Shown: in pieces, positions 1 to 11,029 of the stretch | Layout: each line of letters begins with the position of its first letter | Position numbering within the stretch: the first letter of the stretch is position 1 | Source: Eledone cirrhosa | Lineage: Eukaryota | Assembly (NCBI GenBank): GCA_964016885.1 | Contig: OZ024742.1 | Coordinates: 29,202,001 to 29,266,000 of the forward strand | DNA: 64,000 nt | Direction: 5' to 3' | The notes under the pieces: model-generated | Databases searched by the model: none | Seen by the model: only the letters and a program-made list of their open reading frames with translations | Told to the model about the DNA's origin: nothing | Made by a program: the position numbers and the translations under genes

Positions 1-1310
1 ACTAGTTAAATAATAGCAGTAACAGGACAAGTCATAACTAGGACATGGTGGATGAGATGTTTACTAGTTAAATAATAACAGTAACAGGACAAGTCATAAC
101 TAGGACATGGTGGATGAGATGTTTACTAGTTAAATAATAACAGTAACAGGACAAGTCATAACTAAGACATGGTGGATGAGATGTTTACTAGTTAAATAAT
201 AACAGTAACAGGACAAGACATAACTAGGACATGGTGGATGAGATGTTTACTAGTTAAATAATAACAATAACAGGACAAGTCATAACTAGGGCATGGTGGA
301 TGAGATGTTTACTAGTTAAATAATAACAGTAACAGGACAAGTCTTAACTAGGACATGGTGGATGAGATGTTTACTAGTTAAATAATAACAGTAACAGGAC
401 AAGTCATAACTAGGACATGGTGGATGAGATGTTTACTAGTTAAATAATAACAGTAACAGGACAAGTCTTAACTAGGACATGGTGGATGAGATGTTTACTA
501 GTTAAATAATAACAGTAACAGGACAAGTCATATCTAGGACATGATGGATGAGAGATTTACTAGTTAAATAATGACAGTAACAGGACAAGTCATAACTAGG
601 ACATGGTGGATGAGAGATTTACTAGTTAAATAATAACAGTAACAGGACAAGTCATAACTAGGACATGGTGGATGAGAGATTTACTAGTTAAATAATAACA
701 GTAACAGTACAAGTCATAACTAGGACATGGTGGATGAGAGATTTACTAGTTAAATAATAACAGTAACAGGACAAGTCATAACTAGGACATGGTGGATGAG
801 AGATTTACTAGTTAAATAATAACAGTAACAGGACAAGTCATAACTAGGACATGGTGGATGAGAGATTTACTAGTTAAATAATAACAGTAACAGGACAAGT
901 CATAACTAGGACATGGTGGATGAGAGATTTACTAGTTAAATAATAACAGTAACAGGACAAGTCATAACTAGGACATGGTGGATGAGAGATTTACTAGTTA
1001 AATAATAACAGTAACAGGACAAGTCATAACTAGGACATGGTGGATGAGAGATTTACTAGTTAAATTATAACAGTAACAGGACAAGTCATAACTAGGACAT
1101 GGTGGATGAGAGATTTACTAGTTAAATAATAACAGTAACAGGACAAGTCATAACTAGGACATGGTGGATGACAGGTTTACTAGTTAAATAATAAGAGTAA
1201 CAGAACAAGTCATAGCTAGGACATGATGGATGAGAGGTTTACTAGTTAAATAATAACAGAACAAGTCATAGCTAGGACATGGTGGATGAGAGGTTTACTA
1301 GTTAAATAAT
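1..1310. repeat. 62-bp tandem minisatellite (~21 copies, starts at window edge); degenerate copies continue to ~1620
   Basis: Unit ACTAGTTAAATAATAACAGTAACAGGACAAGTCATAACTAGGACATGGTGGATGAGA(TG/GA)TTT repeats every 62 nt. Confidence 0.97.
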
Positions 1311-1488
1311 TGTTTCTACTTTTGGCACAAGGCCAGCAATTTTTCAGTACATTACTGGTACTTTATTTTATCGACTCCGTAAGGATGAAAGGCAAAGTTA
1401 ACCTCGGCGGGATTTGAACTCAGAATGTAAAGGGACGTAACTATGCTAGAAAGCATGGCGTCCGACCCTCTACTGATACTGGCAATTC
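1311..1488 (-). mobile_element. tRNA-derived SINE inserted in the minisatellite
   Basis: Minus strand has B-box GAGTTCAAATCCCG followed by CCGAGGTTAACTTTGCCTTTCATCC...GTCGATAAAATAAAGTACCAGT; related copies at 32.9 kb and 40.5-40.9 kb. Confidence 0.8.
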
Positions 1489-1769
1489 ATAACAGCAACA
1501 GAACAAGTCATAACTAAGACATGGTGTATGAGAGATTTACTAGTTAAAGCGTAACAGAACAAGTCATAGCTAGGACATCGCGTATGAGAGGTTTACTAGT
1601 TAAATAATAACAGTAACAACAATAATAATAGGGCGGCTTAATGAAGGAGGATCAAAGGTTAAATAACTACATAACTAATCATAGGCGTCTTTAATTAAGA
1701 ATCATATTGGACTAAACGACAACTAACCATAGATCTTCTGAATCGGAAATATCCTGGAGCGAAACAACA

Positions 1770-1858
1770 ACTGCTACTACTACTGCTACTACTACTACTA
1801 CTGCTGCTGCTGCTGTTACTATTACTGCTGCTACTACTACTACTACTACTACTACTAG

Positions 1859-1896
<38 letters not shown>

Positions 1897-2006
1897 TTTC
1901 TACTACTACTACATGGGTACTGGAGAAAGAATGTCCTAGGTTTAAACATCAACATAACAATAGTTCTACTGGAGTAGTGAGGTCCTGAGGCTAAACAACA
2001 ATAACA

Positions 2007-2043
<37 letters not shown>

Positions 2044-2050
2044 TTACTAT

Positions 2051-2095
<45 letters not shown>

Positions 2096-2673
2096 CACTA
2101 CTACTAATACTACTACTAATACTACTACAAGGCTACTGGGGAAAAAATGTCCAAAGCAACAACAACAACACTAGATCTTTTGAATGAAGAATATCCAGGG
2201 ATTAAACAACAATAACAACATCAACAGCATCAGTAAGTCTTGAGGAGCGGTATTGTCCTGGGGCTAAATATAAGGTAATAGAGGCACAGGAGTCGCTGCT
2301 AGGGACAATATCTACACATACACACACACATACAAATATATATAAATGCATATACATACACATATACATATACATGCATATATACACACATTTACATAAA
2401 CATATATGCATATACATATACATATATATATATATATATGCATATACATTCACATTTATATATACATACATGCAGATACATACACATATACATACATACA
2501 TACATGCATATACATACACATATATATATATATACATACAAATATACATACATACATATACAAACAAATATGAATACATACATATACATACACATATACA
2601 TATACATATACATACATGTATATACATACTCATTTACATATACATTCATGCATATACATACACACACACACAG

Positions 2674-2725
<52 letters not shown>
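1770..2725. repeat. Compound microsatellites (CTA)n/(CTG)n, (CATA)n, (CA)n, (TA)n
   Basis: Directly visible; source of the spurious poly-S and YIYI ORFs. Confidence 0.95.
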
Positions 2726-2727
<2 letters not shown>

Positions 2728-3400
2728 CAATAACAGAGATAGTTTAAAGTTAAACTCTGACTGGTAACCATCTCACTCAACAAACATTAGGTTATATTAA
2801 AATATAAACCCAATTTAAGTGTTTGGGGTGCTAACAATATGTATAATGTGGAAAAACCAGTTGTATTATTTTATGAGATATAATTAAAGTTAAAGTATAT
2901 CTCTCTTTCCAAACAATTGTTTAATTATAAGTTTTCTACAAGTTGGGAGAATGTTTCCAGTTTATGTAGAAGCCTAATATATATTCATGTAAGAATATAT
3001 TTAGGTGGGCACTTATAAATCATCAGTGGAAGCCCGTTAAACATTGATATAAGAAAACAATTTCTTACCGCTGTCAAAAATCGTGTCCGTAAAGTTGCTC
3101 TCTCTCACCTCGAGTGATCGCCAAATTTGAAATTCCAGCAGTTTTTGACTGAGGAAGTATCATAGCGACACGAAGCGGGAAGGGGAGACAACCCACGATC
3201 CACGAAATGAGGAAAAAAAATAATATACACGCGGGTTAATTAGTTTTTTTGAAAACATTATCAATCCAACGTGTTTAAGAACTCAATTGAAAATTAAAAA
3301 ATAAATAAATATATGGTTGTATAAATTACACACGCATATAGATATTTTCTTAGGCTAAAACAGAAGTTGTACCCGAATAAGAACCGCTTCTATATATATA

Positions 3401-3593
3401 AAACAAAGGAATTGTGGCAAGGAACCGGATGGACCATAACGCACCAGAGTACTCAATACTTAAGGTAGTAGAGTGGGAAAAAGGGAAAAGTATGACCTCC
3501 GACGGCAGAGCTCAAGCCGTTTCGACGGCTATTTCTGAGTCCAGAAATAGCCGTCGAAACGGCTTGAGCTCTGCCGTCGGGGTCACACATTTT

Positions 3594-3595
<2 letters not shown>
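3401..3595. mobile_element. Short non-autonomous hairpin element, copy 1, between (TA)n tracts
   Basis: ~54-bp inverted arms 3484-3537/3542-3595; leader GGACCATAACGCACCA.AGTACTCAATACTT shared with copies 2 and 3. Confidence 0.8.
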
Positions 3596-3658
<63 letters not shown>

Positions 3659-3660
<2 letters not shown>

Positions 3661-3835
3661 CGGAGGAAATGTGGTAAGGAACCTGGTGGACCATAACGCA
3701 CCAAAGTACTCAATACTTAGGGTAGTAGAGTGGGTAATAGGAACGAGTAGGACCCTGAATTAGCTGTCGAACGAGTAGGACTCCAGAATTAGCTGACGAA
3801 ACGGCTTGAGCTCAGCCGTCGGGGTCCTACTCGTT

Positions 3836-3837
<2 letters not shown>
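3659..3837. mobile_element. Hairpin element copy 2 (left arm largely deleted/rearranged)
   Basis: Same leader and same right arm GAAACGGCTTGAGCTCAGCCGTCGGGGTCC; flanked by (TA)n. Confidence 0.75.
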
Positions 3838-3877
<40 letters not shown>

Positions 3878-3881
<4 letters not shown>

Positions 3882-4215
3882 TTAAAAATATTAATAAATA
3901 TAGATAATCACGTAATCAAAATATATTTTATTATATAAATTTAGGAGGTACTGTGCTGTTTTTTCAGTACGTCCTCATCAGATAAAATATATAAATTGAT
4001 GTATGACATACCTCAACTGTGCTGATGGTTCAATTCCAGCCTTGGCAGTTATCAGCACAGAACCATCAGCACAATTGAGGTATGTCATACATCGATTTAT
4101 ATATTTTATCTGATGAGGACGTACTGAAAAAACAGCACAATACCTCCGAAATATATATAATAAAATATATTTTGATTACGTGAATGTCTACATTTATTAA
4201 TATTTTGAATTAATA
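3878..4215. mobile_element. Fold-back (inverted pseudo-LTR-like) Penelope-like remnant
   Basis: ~150-bp inverted arms (3878-4031 / ~4060-4215), each with a hammerhead core; follows (TA)n. Confidence 0.75.
4099..4170 (+). ncRNA. Type I minimal hammerhead ribozyme motif
   Basis: ATATATTTTAT-CTGATGA-GGA...TCC-GAAA-TATATAT-A-ATAAAATATAT: 11-bp stem I, intact core, palindromic stem III, AUA site; the antisense copy (~3921-3992) has GAAA>TAAA. Confidence 0.8.
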
Positions 4216-4330
4216 TTAATAACTCCAGAAAACTTTTTATTTGAGTGCTGCTAATCTATTGTAAAACTATATTCATTGGTTAATCAATGAACCTTATTTA
4301 ACTTTTGGTTATATATATATATATATATAT

Positions 4331-4520
4331 AACGAAGGAAATGTAGTAAGGAACCAGGTGGACCATAACAAACCAAAGTACTCAATACTTAGGGTAGTAG
4401 AGTGGGTAATAGAAACGCGTAGGACCCCGACGGCTGAGCTCAAGCCATTTCGACGGCTAATTCTGGACCAGAATTAGCCGTCGAAACGGCTTGAGCTCAG
4501 CCGTCGGGGTCCTACTCGTT

Positions 4521-4522
<2 letters not shown>
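4331..4522. mobile_element. Hairpin element copy 3 between (TA)n tracts
   Basis: Near-perfect arms ~4412-4466/4468-4522; same leader as copies 1 and 2. Confidence 0.8.
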
Positions 4523-4553
<31 letters not shown>

Positions 4554-4720
4554 TTGCGGCTCGCATTTCGGTCGCTGGCTTCAATTTGCATAGCTGTCTA
4601 AACGTAATGTTATAAATTTAAGGTAAAATTCCTTATTGAGTGCTTTAGCTGCACTTCCCGACCGACAGCATTCGTTACCTTGCCCGCAACCAGAGCTTCG
4701 ATTATGCTGTACTACCTTCT

Positions 4721-4790
<70 letters not shown>

Positions 4791-4937
4791 CGTGTGTGTG
4801 TATATATATTATTTGATATGCAGGCGATCAGACGGGTGATTCAGTTCAATGGCTGGCAAGCATATGTGCACACACATATATATATGATTGTTTCATGTGT
4901 TTATTTTAGATATGTATATATGTCAATCAATTACTAG

Positions 4938-4995
<58 letters not shown>

Positions 4996-5059
4996 TATAT
5001 ACATATATATATAACTACACACATACATACATACATACATACATACATACATACATACA

Positions 5060-5090
<31 letters not shown>

Positions 5091-5621
5091 GATGGCTGCC
5101 CCCTCGTTATCGAGTATGCCCATTGCACGAAAAGAAAAAAAAAATAAATATATAAAAAAAATAAAAAGAAAAAAATAAATAAATAAAATAAAATAAAAAA
5201 ATAAAATAAAAATAATAATAATAATAAATAAATAAAAATTTAAAAAAAAAGAAATATATATATATATATACACACACATACACACACACACACACTCACA
5301 CACATATACACACACATACATTAATAACAATAATAATAATAATGATTTCATTTATTAGCCACAAGGGCCGACATGTAGGGGACAATACAAAGACACGGAC
5401 AGTGGGGGTTTACAATAAGGTCGAGTAAAAGTGTACAATGGCAAGACTAATTTAACAATGAAAATATAAAAATATAAAATAAACTATGCATAAATAAAAC
5501 AAAATAAATTCCCCGATAGGGGGTGGTCGACCCTGGGGTGATTCGGGTACCCCACCAATCCTGAACCACCCTGCGCTTCTAGGGCACTCAGGAGAGCACC
5601 CCTCTCCTCAAGTTAGCCAGC

Positions 5622-8600
5622 CTATAGGCGCATGGTCAGAGTAGGCCCATACACACGAGCCATTCTCTCCACATTCACCCACCTTTTAGCAAATGTACTG
5701 GGGGGCAGCACTTCTCTCTCCACCCTCACCCTCCTTTCCAGGTGAAACTTGAAGAAGTTGATGAGGGATTGGCCGAAGAGAAAAGTGTCTGTCTTTAGTC
5801 CTTTCAACCTGGTCCACCATATAATCTCTTTCGCAACTGCCACCAGACCGAGGAAAATGTCCTGCTCTTCCTGACCTAAGAAAGGTGGCGGCTCGATCTT
5901 CACTATGGACTCGGCCGATAGCCGGATTCGTTCCACACGCGACAGTAGCTGTTCGACATAACTCCACAAGTCAGTAATGCACGGACATTGGACAAGTGCG
6001 TGCAGAACGGTTTCGTCGTTCTGTGCGCATCTTGGGCAGGTCCGTCTGACAGCACTTCCGTGCCTGTAGAGTTTATACCGAACCGGCAGTGCCCCCCGGT
6101 AGCACTGCCAAGCGAGGGATTTCTGGAAATTGTCCATCGTCCCCGGCTCAAAAGTCCTCCGGTACAGACTGGGCAGTTCCACTTCGTCGAGGCCCAAAGC
6201 TTCTCCGAGTGCGTCATCGCACTTGCCCACCACTAATCCTCTATAGAACTCGAGAGTCGAAGTTCCACCCATCGCATTGCCCGCTTGGTAGAGGGCAGTG
6301 AGTGCCTGGCAACATTCCAGGTGCCAGTCACCCAGTCTCGGTCTCTTCTTGACACAGGACTGCAGCTCAGTCAAAGAAATGAGCTGCGGAAAGGCCCGTC
6401 TGATAAACGGCGACCACACCTGTTCACCATTGAGGCAGAATATCTGGAGATGTCGTAGCCTCAACGCATGTCTGCGCATCATTAGCCACGGCATGCCCAG
6501 CCCTCCGCGTAGAGGGTGCTGGCAGCAGATGGACCGCCTCACCAACGGAACTTGTCCCCTCCACACGAATTTGAAGAGGAGCCGTTCCAATTTGACGAGG
6601 CGCGGACGGGGGCAAAGCACGACGGTTAGGCGGTGGTAGATGACGGACGCGATGTACGCATTCACCACCTCCGCACGACCTTTCAGTGATAGCTTCCTCC
6701 CAGCCCATTTTTGGGTGAGACTGGCTACTCTGCTCGTTACCTCGTCCCAATTCTTTTCCACCTGGAGGTCTGGTCCGAACCAAACCCCGAGCAACTTTAC
6801 TGGTCCGTCCGTCCAGCGCCCCACGACGCTGCTGGATAGCATGGGCTTGCCTCTCCAGGTTCTGAGCTGCAAGCCCACCGACTTTTCCGGGTTAAGTTTG
6901 GCTCCTGTCAACCTTTCATATTCCTTCAATAAGGTGCCGACCACCTCGATTTCTGAGGTGTTCGACACCATCGCGGTGATGTCGTCCGCATAAGCCGACA
7001 CCGCCTTTCCACGTCCCGGTTCGAGCGGGATGCCCTGCAACAGCTCCAGCTTCCGCAGTAAAGGCTCGAGAGTCAATACGTACAGAAGGGAAGAGAGAGG
7101 GCACCCTTGACGTACCGATCGGGAGAGCCGAAATGGTTCCGAGAGGTGGCCATTAACCTTGACCACCGAGCGTGTGCCGCTGTGCATTGCAACTATCCAG
7201 CTTCTAAAGACAGGGCCGAAACCAGCTGCTTGGAGGACAAACTCCAGATACCGATGGTCGACCCTATCGAATGCTTTTGATTGATCTAAATTGATCAGTG
7301 CCCCACCGAAGCCAGGTTTACACCCTACCCTCTCTATGATGTATCGCATGAGGTGGAGATTGTCGTGTATGGACCTGGCTGGGATTGCGCAAGTTTGCGC
7401 CTCCCCAACCAAATCCTCGACGACAAGCGCCAATCTCTTTGCTAACACCTTGGCCAAAATCTTAAACTCTGTGTTGAGCAGAGTTATGGGTCTGAAGTTG
7501 TCTAATGTATCCCTCTTGTTCTCGTCTTTCCTTATCAGTGTCACCACTCCCCTGCTCACAGAACTGGGAATACTCCCATTCTGCTGCCAGTTGCAGTAGA
7601 GTGCTTCGAGGAGTTCGGAGAACAAGTCTGGCATATTCACGTAAAGCTCGTAGGGCAGGCCATCCAAACCGGGTGACTTGCGCCTCATGGAGCCGACAAG
7701 GGCGTCCTAAATTTCGGCTGAAGTAATCGGCCTTTCGCAGCGCTCAGTGTCGACCGTCGAGATGCGCGGCAAGCCGTCAAGGTAGGGACTGAAATCCGCT
7801 ACTCTCTCTGACTCGCCACTCTCCCTGAACAACCGAGCAAAGTGCTGGCGAAAGGCCTCACACATCCGCTTGGAATCGCTTATCTCGTGTCCGTCTCGGT
7901 CCGCCAAAGACCGAATTGTGGTTTTATTACCACGCTGCGCCTCCACCACGCGGGCCCATCGAACAGCTTTAGTTCCCTCGTTTCTCAGCGCACGTGCCTT
8001 AGCTCTGACAATGCAACCTTCGTGTTTGGCATTGAAGAAATGGTCTAATGCCATTCTCGCCGCTAGCACGTCAGTTGCGATGCCACTACAAATAGCCTCG
8101 TCTAACTTATCAACCAGCTCCCCCTTCTTTCTATCTTTCTCTAACGCTAGTTCTTTGCTGAACTCTATCGAAGTTACTCTAATCTCTCTTTTGAGAGCCC
8201 CCCACCATCTGTTGTTGATGATCCCCTCTGTCAACTTTTGCTTAACTAAATTGTAACCCGGTCCTAACCTACGCGTTTTATTTAGGTCGACCGTACAGAT
8301 CACAAATTTGTGATCTGAATAGGCGACCGTTTTAAAAAGTGGACAGCCCACACTATTTCTATCTATTTTCCTAATGAAGATCCTCTCTATATACGATCTA
8401 GATGACCCCATTCGGTTGGTCCATGTCCATACTGGCACATTGGGGAAATCTAGTCGATACCTGTCAGACAGTTGGAACTGGCTGAGTAGGTGCTTGAGGC
8501 TTTTGCACTCCCGCTCCTATCGGCTCCTCCCACACAATCCCAGCATGCGTCTAAGATGCCATTCCTGTCCCCCTCTAACAGTAAAGGGCGAGACGTGCCC

Positions 8601-8989
8601 ATAAAGGTCTCCAGGCGCCTAATGAAGTCAGGTCGTTCGGCCCCTGTAGGGGAGTAGACGGCCAGCAGTCTAAAGGCACCACATTCGCTACTGCTCACAT
8701 CCAAGACCACCAACTTACCGTCCGGGTCCCGGAAGATCGACCTTACCTCGAGATCCAGTCCTTTCCTAAACAGCACTTCCACCCCACCCCCCATTCCCGG
8801 CCTGCTAACAGATGCGAAGATCTGATAGTCGTCGAAAATGGGGGCTAGTGCGCGCGTGTCGGAAATTCTGGTCTCGCTTACGGCAATCACATCCATTTCC
8901 AGCGACCGGAGGTCGTTGAGCAGGCGACCCTGCTTCCAGAGTGACTCCAGGCCGCGAACATTTAAACTTTCTACTCTTAATATGGCCAT
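5622..8989 (-). pseudogene. Element A ORF2 (APE endonuclease + RT + CCHC), frameshifted/stop-interrupted
   Basis: Pieces 8450-8989, 7707-8438, 5622-7688: SLNVRGL, SET, SDHK, KSPGLDG, FRPITLLN, KAFDRVDH, RQGCPLS, AYADD, CPRC..ETVLHALVQC; WKLN motif deleted. Confidence 0.93.
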
Positions 8990-10882
8990 ATTGGTAAGCT
9001 AAGAGAGAGAGAGAGGGAAGGTTTACTTACCTCCCGGGTCTTGTGAAGGTCGGGTGGTTCGACATCCATGGTTGGTGGGGTTTCTTTTGGGAACCCCTTT
9101 AAAAGTCTTGATGTGGGTTTCACATTCGGGGTTCCCACGTCTTGAAGAAAGCTCTCTCGAATTTCTTTAAAGGAATTGAGTGACATTCGGACCAGAAGCA
9201 AATCTTCTGGCACGCAAAATGTGCTCATTTCAAAAATCTCCCACTCTGTTTGAATGTCCTCGCTTCGCGCTAAGAGGGCCATCAGTTTATCGTTTGCCCT
9301 TCTGACAAGCACGAAGTTTTTAACATTTTGTTGGTATGGTTTTATTTGTTTTCGTTTTGGTGAAGGTGGTGGCGATGGTTTTGGTGGTGTTGTTTCGGGT
9401 ATGTCTATGTTTGTTGCAGGTGTGGTGTCTGCAATTTCAGGTATTTGTGTATTTATTTGTACTTGTGTTTGTTTAGGTTGTTTGCGTTTCGGGGATTGTG
9501 GAGGTGGTGTCGATGTAGCTGTTGGTGATGATGTTATTGGGGAAGTGTTTGCGTTAGTGGTATCTGTATTTTTTGTTGTGTGTGTTTTCGTGTTTTGTTG
9601 GGGCTTTTTTTTTGTGAGTTTTCTCTGTTTTTTTGCACTTTTGGGTTTTCCTTCATCTTCGTTGCTGGAAGACAAAGGGGCTGTGTCTGTGAGTGTCTCT
9701 GTGTCTGTGTGTGCGTTTATTGTTTTGTCTATGTGTATAATTGGGGGGGGGGGGGGTAGGGGGAGTGGGAGAGCTTTCCTCGTTTTCTCCTTGGATTGGT
9801 TTTGGTGTTGGTGGTGATCCGGCTGCTTTTGATGTTGGTGTCCGTGTTTTTGTTGATGTTGTTTTTGGTGGTGGTGGTGGTGCAGCTTTCCGTGCTGACA
9901 CTGGCGTTGGCAACAAAGGAGGTTTGCGACCCCCTGCATTTTTGCGCTGAGGGCAGAAGGCTTGAAGATGCGTTGCCTCCCCGCAGACGAAGCAGCGTGG
10001 CCTTCTTCCATCAATCATTAGTTGGATTGTTGCCCCATCCTGCAGGCGGGCAAAATCCGGGATGTTATTCATATCCTCCGGTTTCAATTGGAGAAGAATC
10101 TCCAAATCCATTCCGGACCAGTACTCTTTCTCTGTCCTTTTGATGTCTAGGAGGGCAGTGTCTGTCCCCTCCTCGATTACGCATCCTAGCAGCCACCATA
10201 TGTTCATTCCTGGTGGGATGCTGGGAATGCGTACCTTCACTGTCCTTTTACCCATATAGGACGGATGCATGATAATGCGTTCCGTTCTGCAGGGGGTCAC
10301 CGAGTGCTTAATAGCGAGGGCCTCGGTTTTGAACAGTACCGAGATGGTACCGAACTGTTTGCCTCTTGCTTTGTACTCTATGTTACTTCCGATGTACTCC
10401 AAAGCAGCCTCGACCTCTGCTTGGCTGGCAAGTTCCACTTTTCGTGTCTGCACCGAAATACATCGAAAGAGCACCGTCCTCCTTTGCATGGCCGCTATTG
10501 CCTCGTCCGGGATGGTCAGGTTTGCCCAGGACTTCTCCCGTTTAATTAGCCTCCACGCTTTGGCCAACTGTTCGTCTTTATCGCTAATATCAATATCAAT
10601 ATTCAATAAGCGCTTTGTTTTTGCTGCTGCTGCCGCTAATGTGGTGTTTCTGATGCTCTTATTGTTGTTGTTGTCATTCTTGCTGTTGCCACCGCCATCC
10701 TTGTTTACATTGAAGCTGTCGGTGTTATTGTCGTTATTGCTCTGAGTTGTTGTTGTTGTGGTGGTGGTGGTGGTGCTGGTGGCGGTGGTGGTGATGTCGT
10801 TTTCAGATGATACTGCTGCTATGGCAGAAGGTTGTAATGGTAGCTTTTGAGATTTGTCTTCACATTCAGGCATGATTGGCAT
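8977..10882 (-). pseudogene. Element A ORF1 (nucleic-acid-binding, CX2CX4HX4C), frameshifted near the G-run at ~9750
   Basis: CFVCGEATHLQAFC; pieces 9653-10882 and 8977-10014 align with the intact 636-aa ORF1 of elements C/D. Confidence 0.88.
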
Positions 10883-11029
10883 GGATGACAGGCATGACTG
10901 TAGCCGTCGTAGTCGTGGTGAAATCTGCAGTGGCTGCCTTTAAACTTAATAATGACAACAATAATAATAACGACAACAACAATAATAATATACATATACA
11001 TGTATATATACACACACATAAGCATATCT

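Larger units (their letters stand above)
5322..10945 (-). mobile_element. Tx1/L1-clade non-LTR retrotransposon A (degraded)
   Basis: ORF1 with zinc knuckle plus ORF2 APE-RT-CCHC; 3' end CCTTGTGGCTAATAAATGAAATC(ATT)n; degenerate AAT/AAC tract at 5' flank. Confidence 0.93.

Noticed and set aside
1-1310. Regular repeat resembling a CRISPR array
   Set aside because: No unique spacers, no cas genes, eukaryotic context
3060-3210. CpG-containing segment with a minus-strand donor CG|GTAAGA (possible first exon)
   Set aside because: Only a short ORF; no corroborating evidence
2202-5351. [12 protein letters not shown] ORFs here and throughout 34-52 kb and 59-64 kb
   Set aside because: Microsatellite translations
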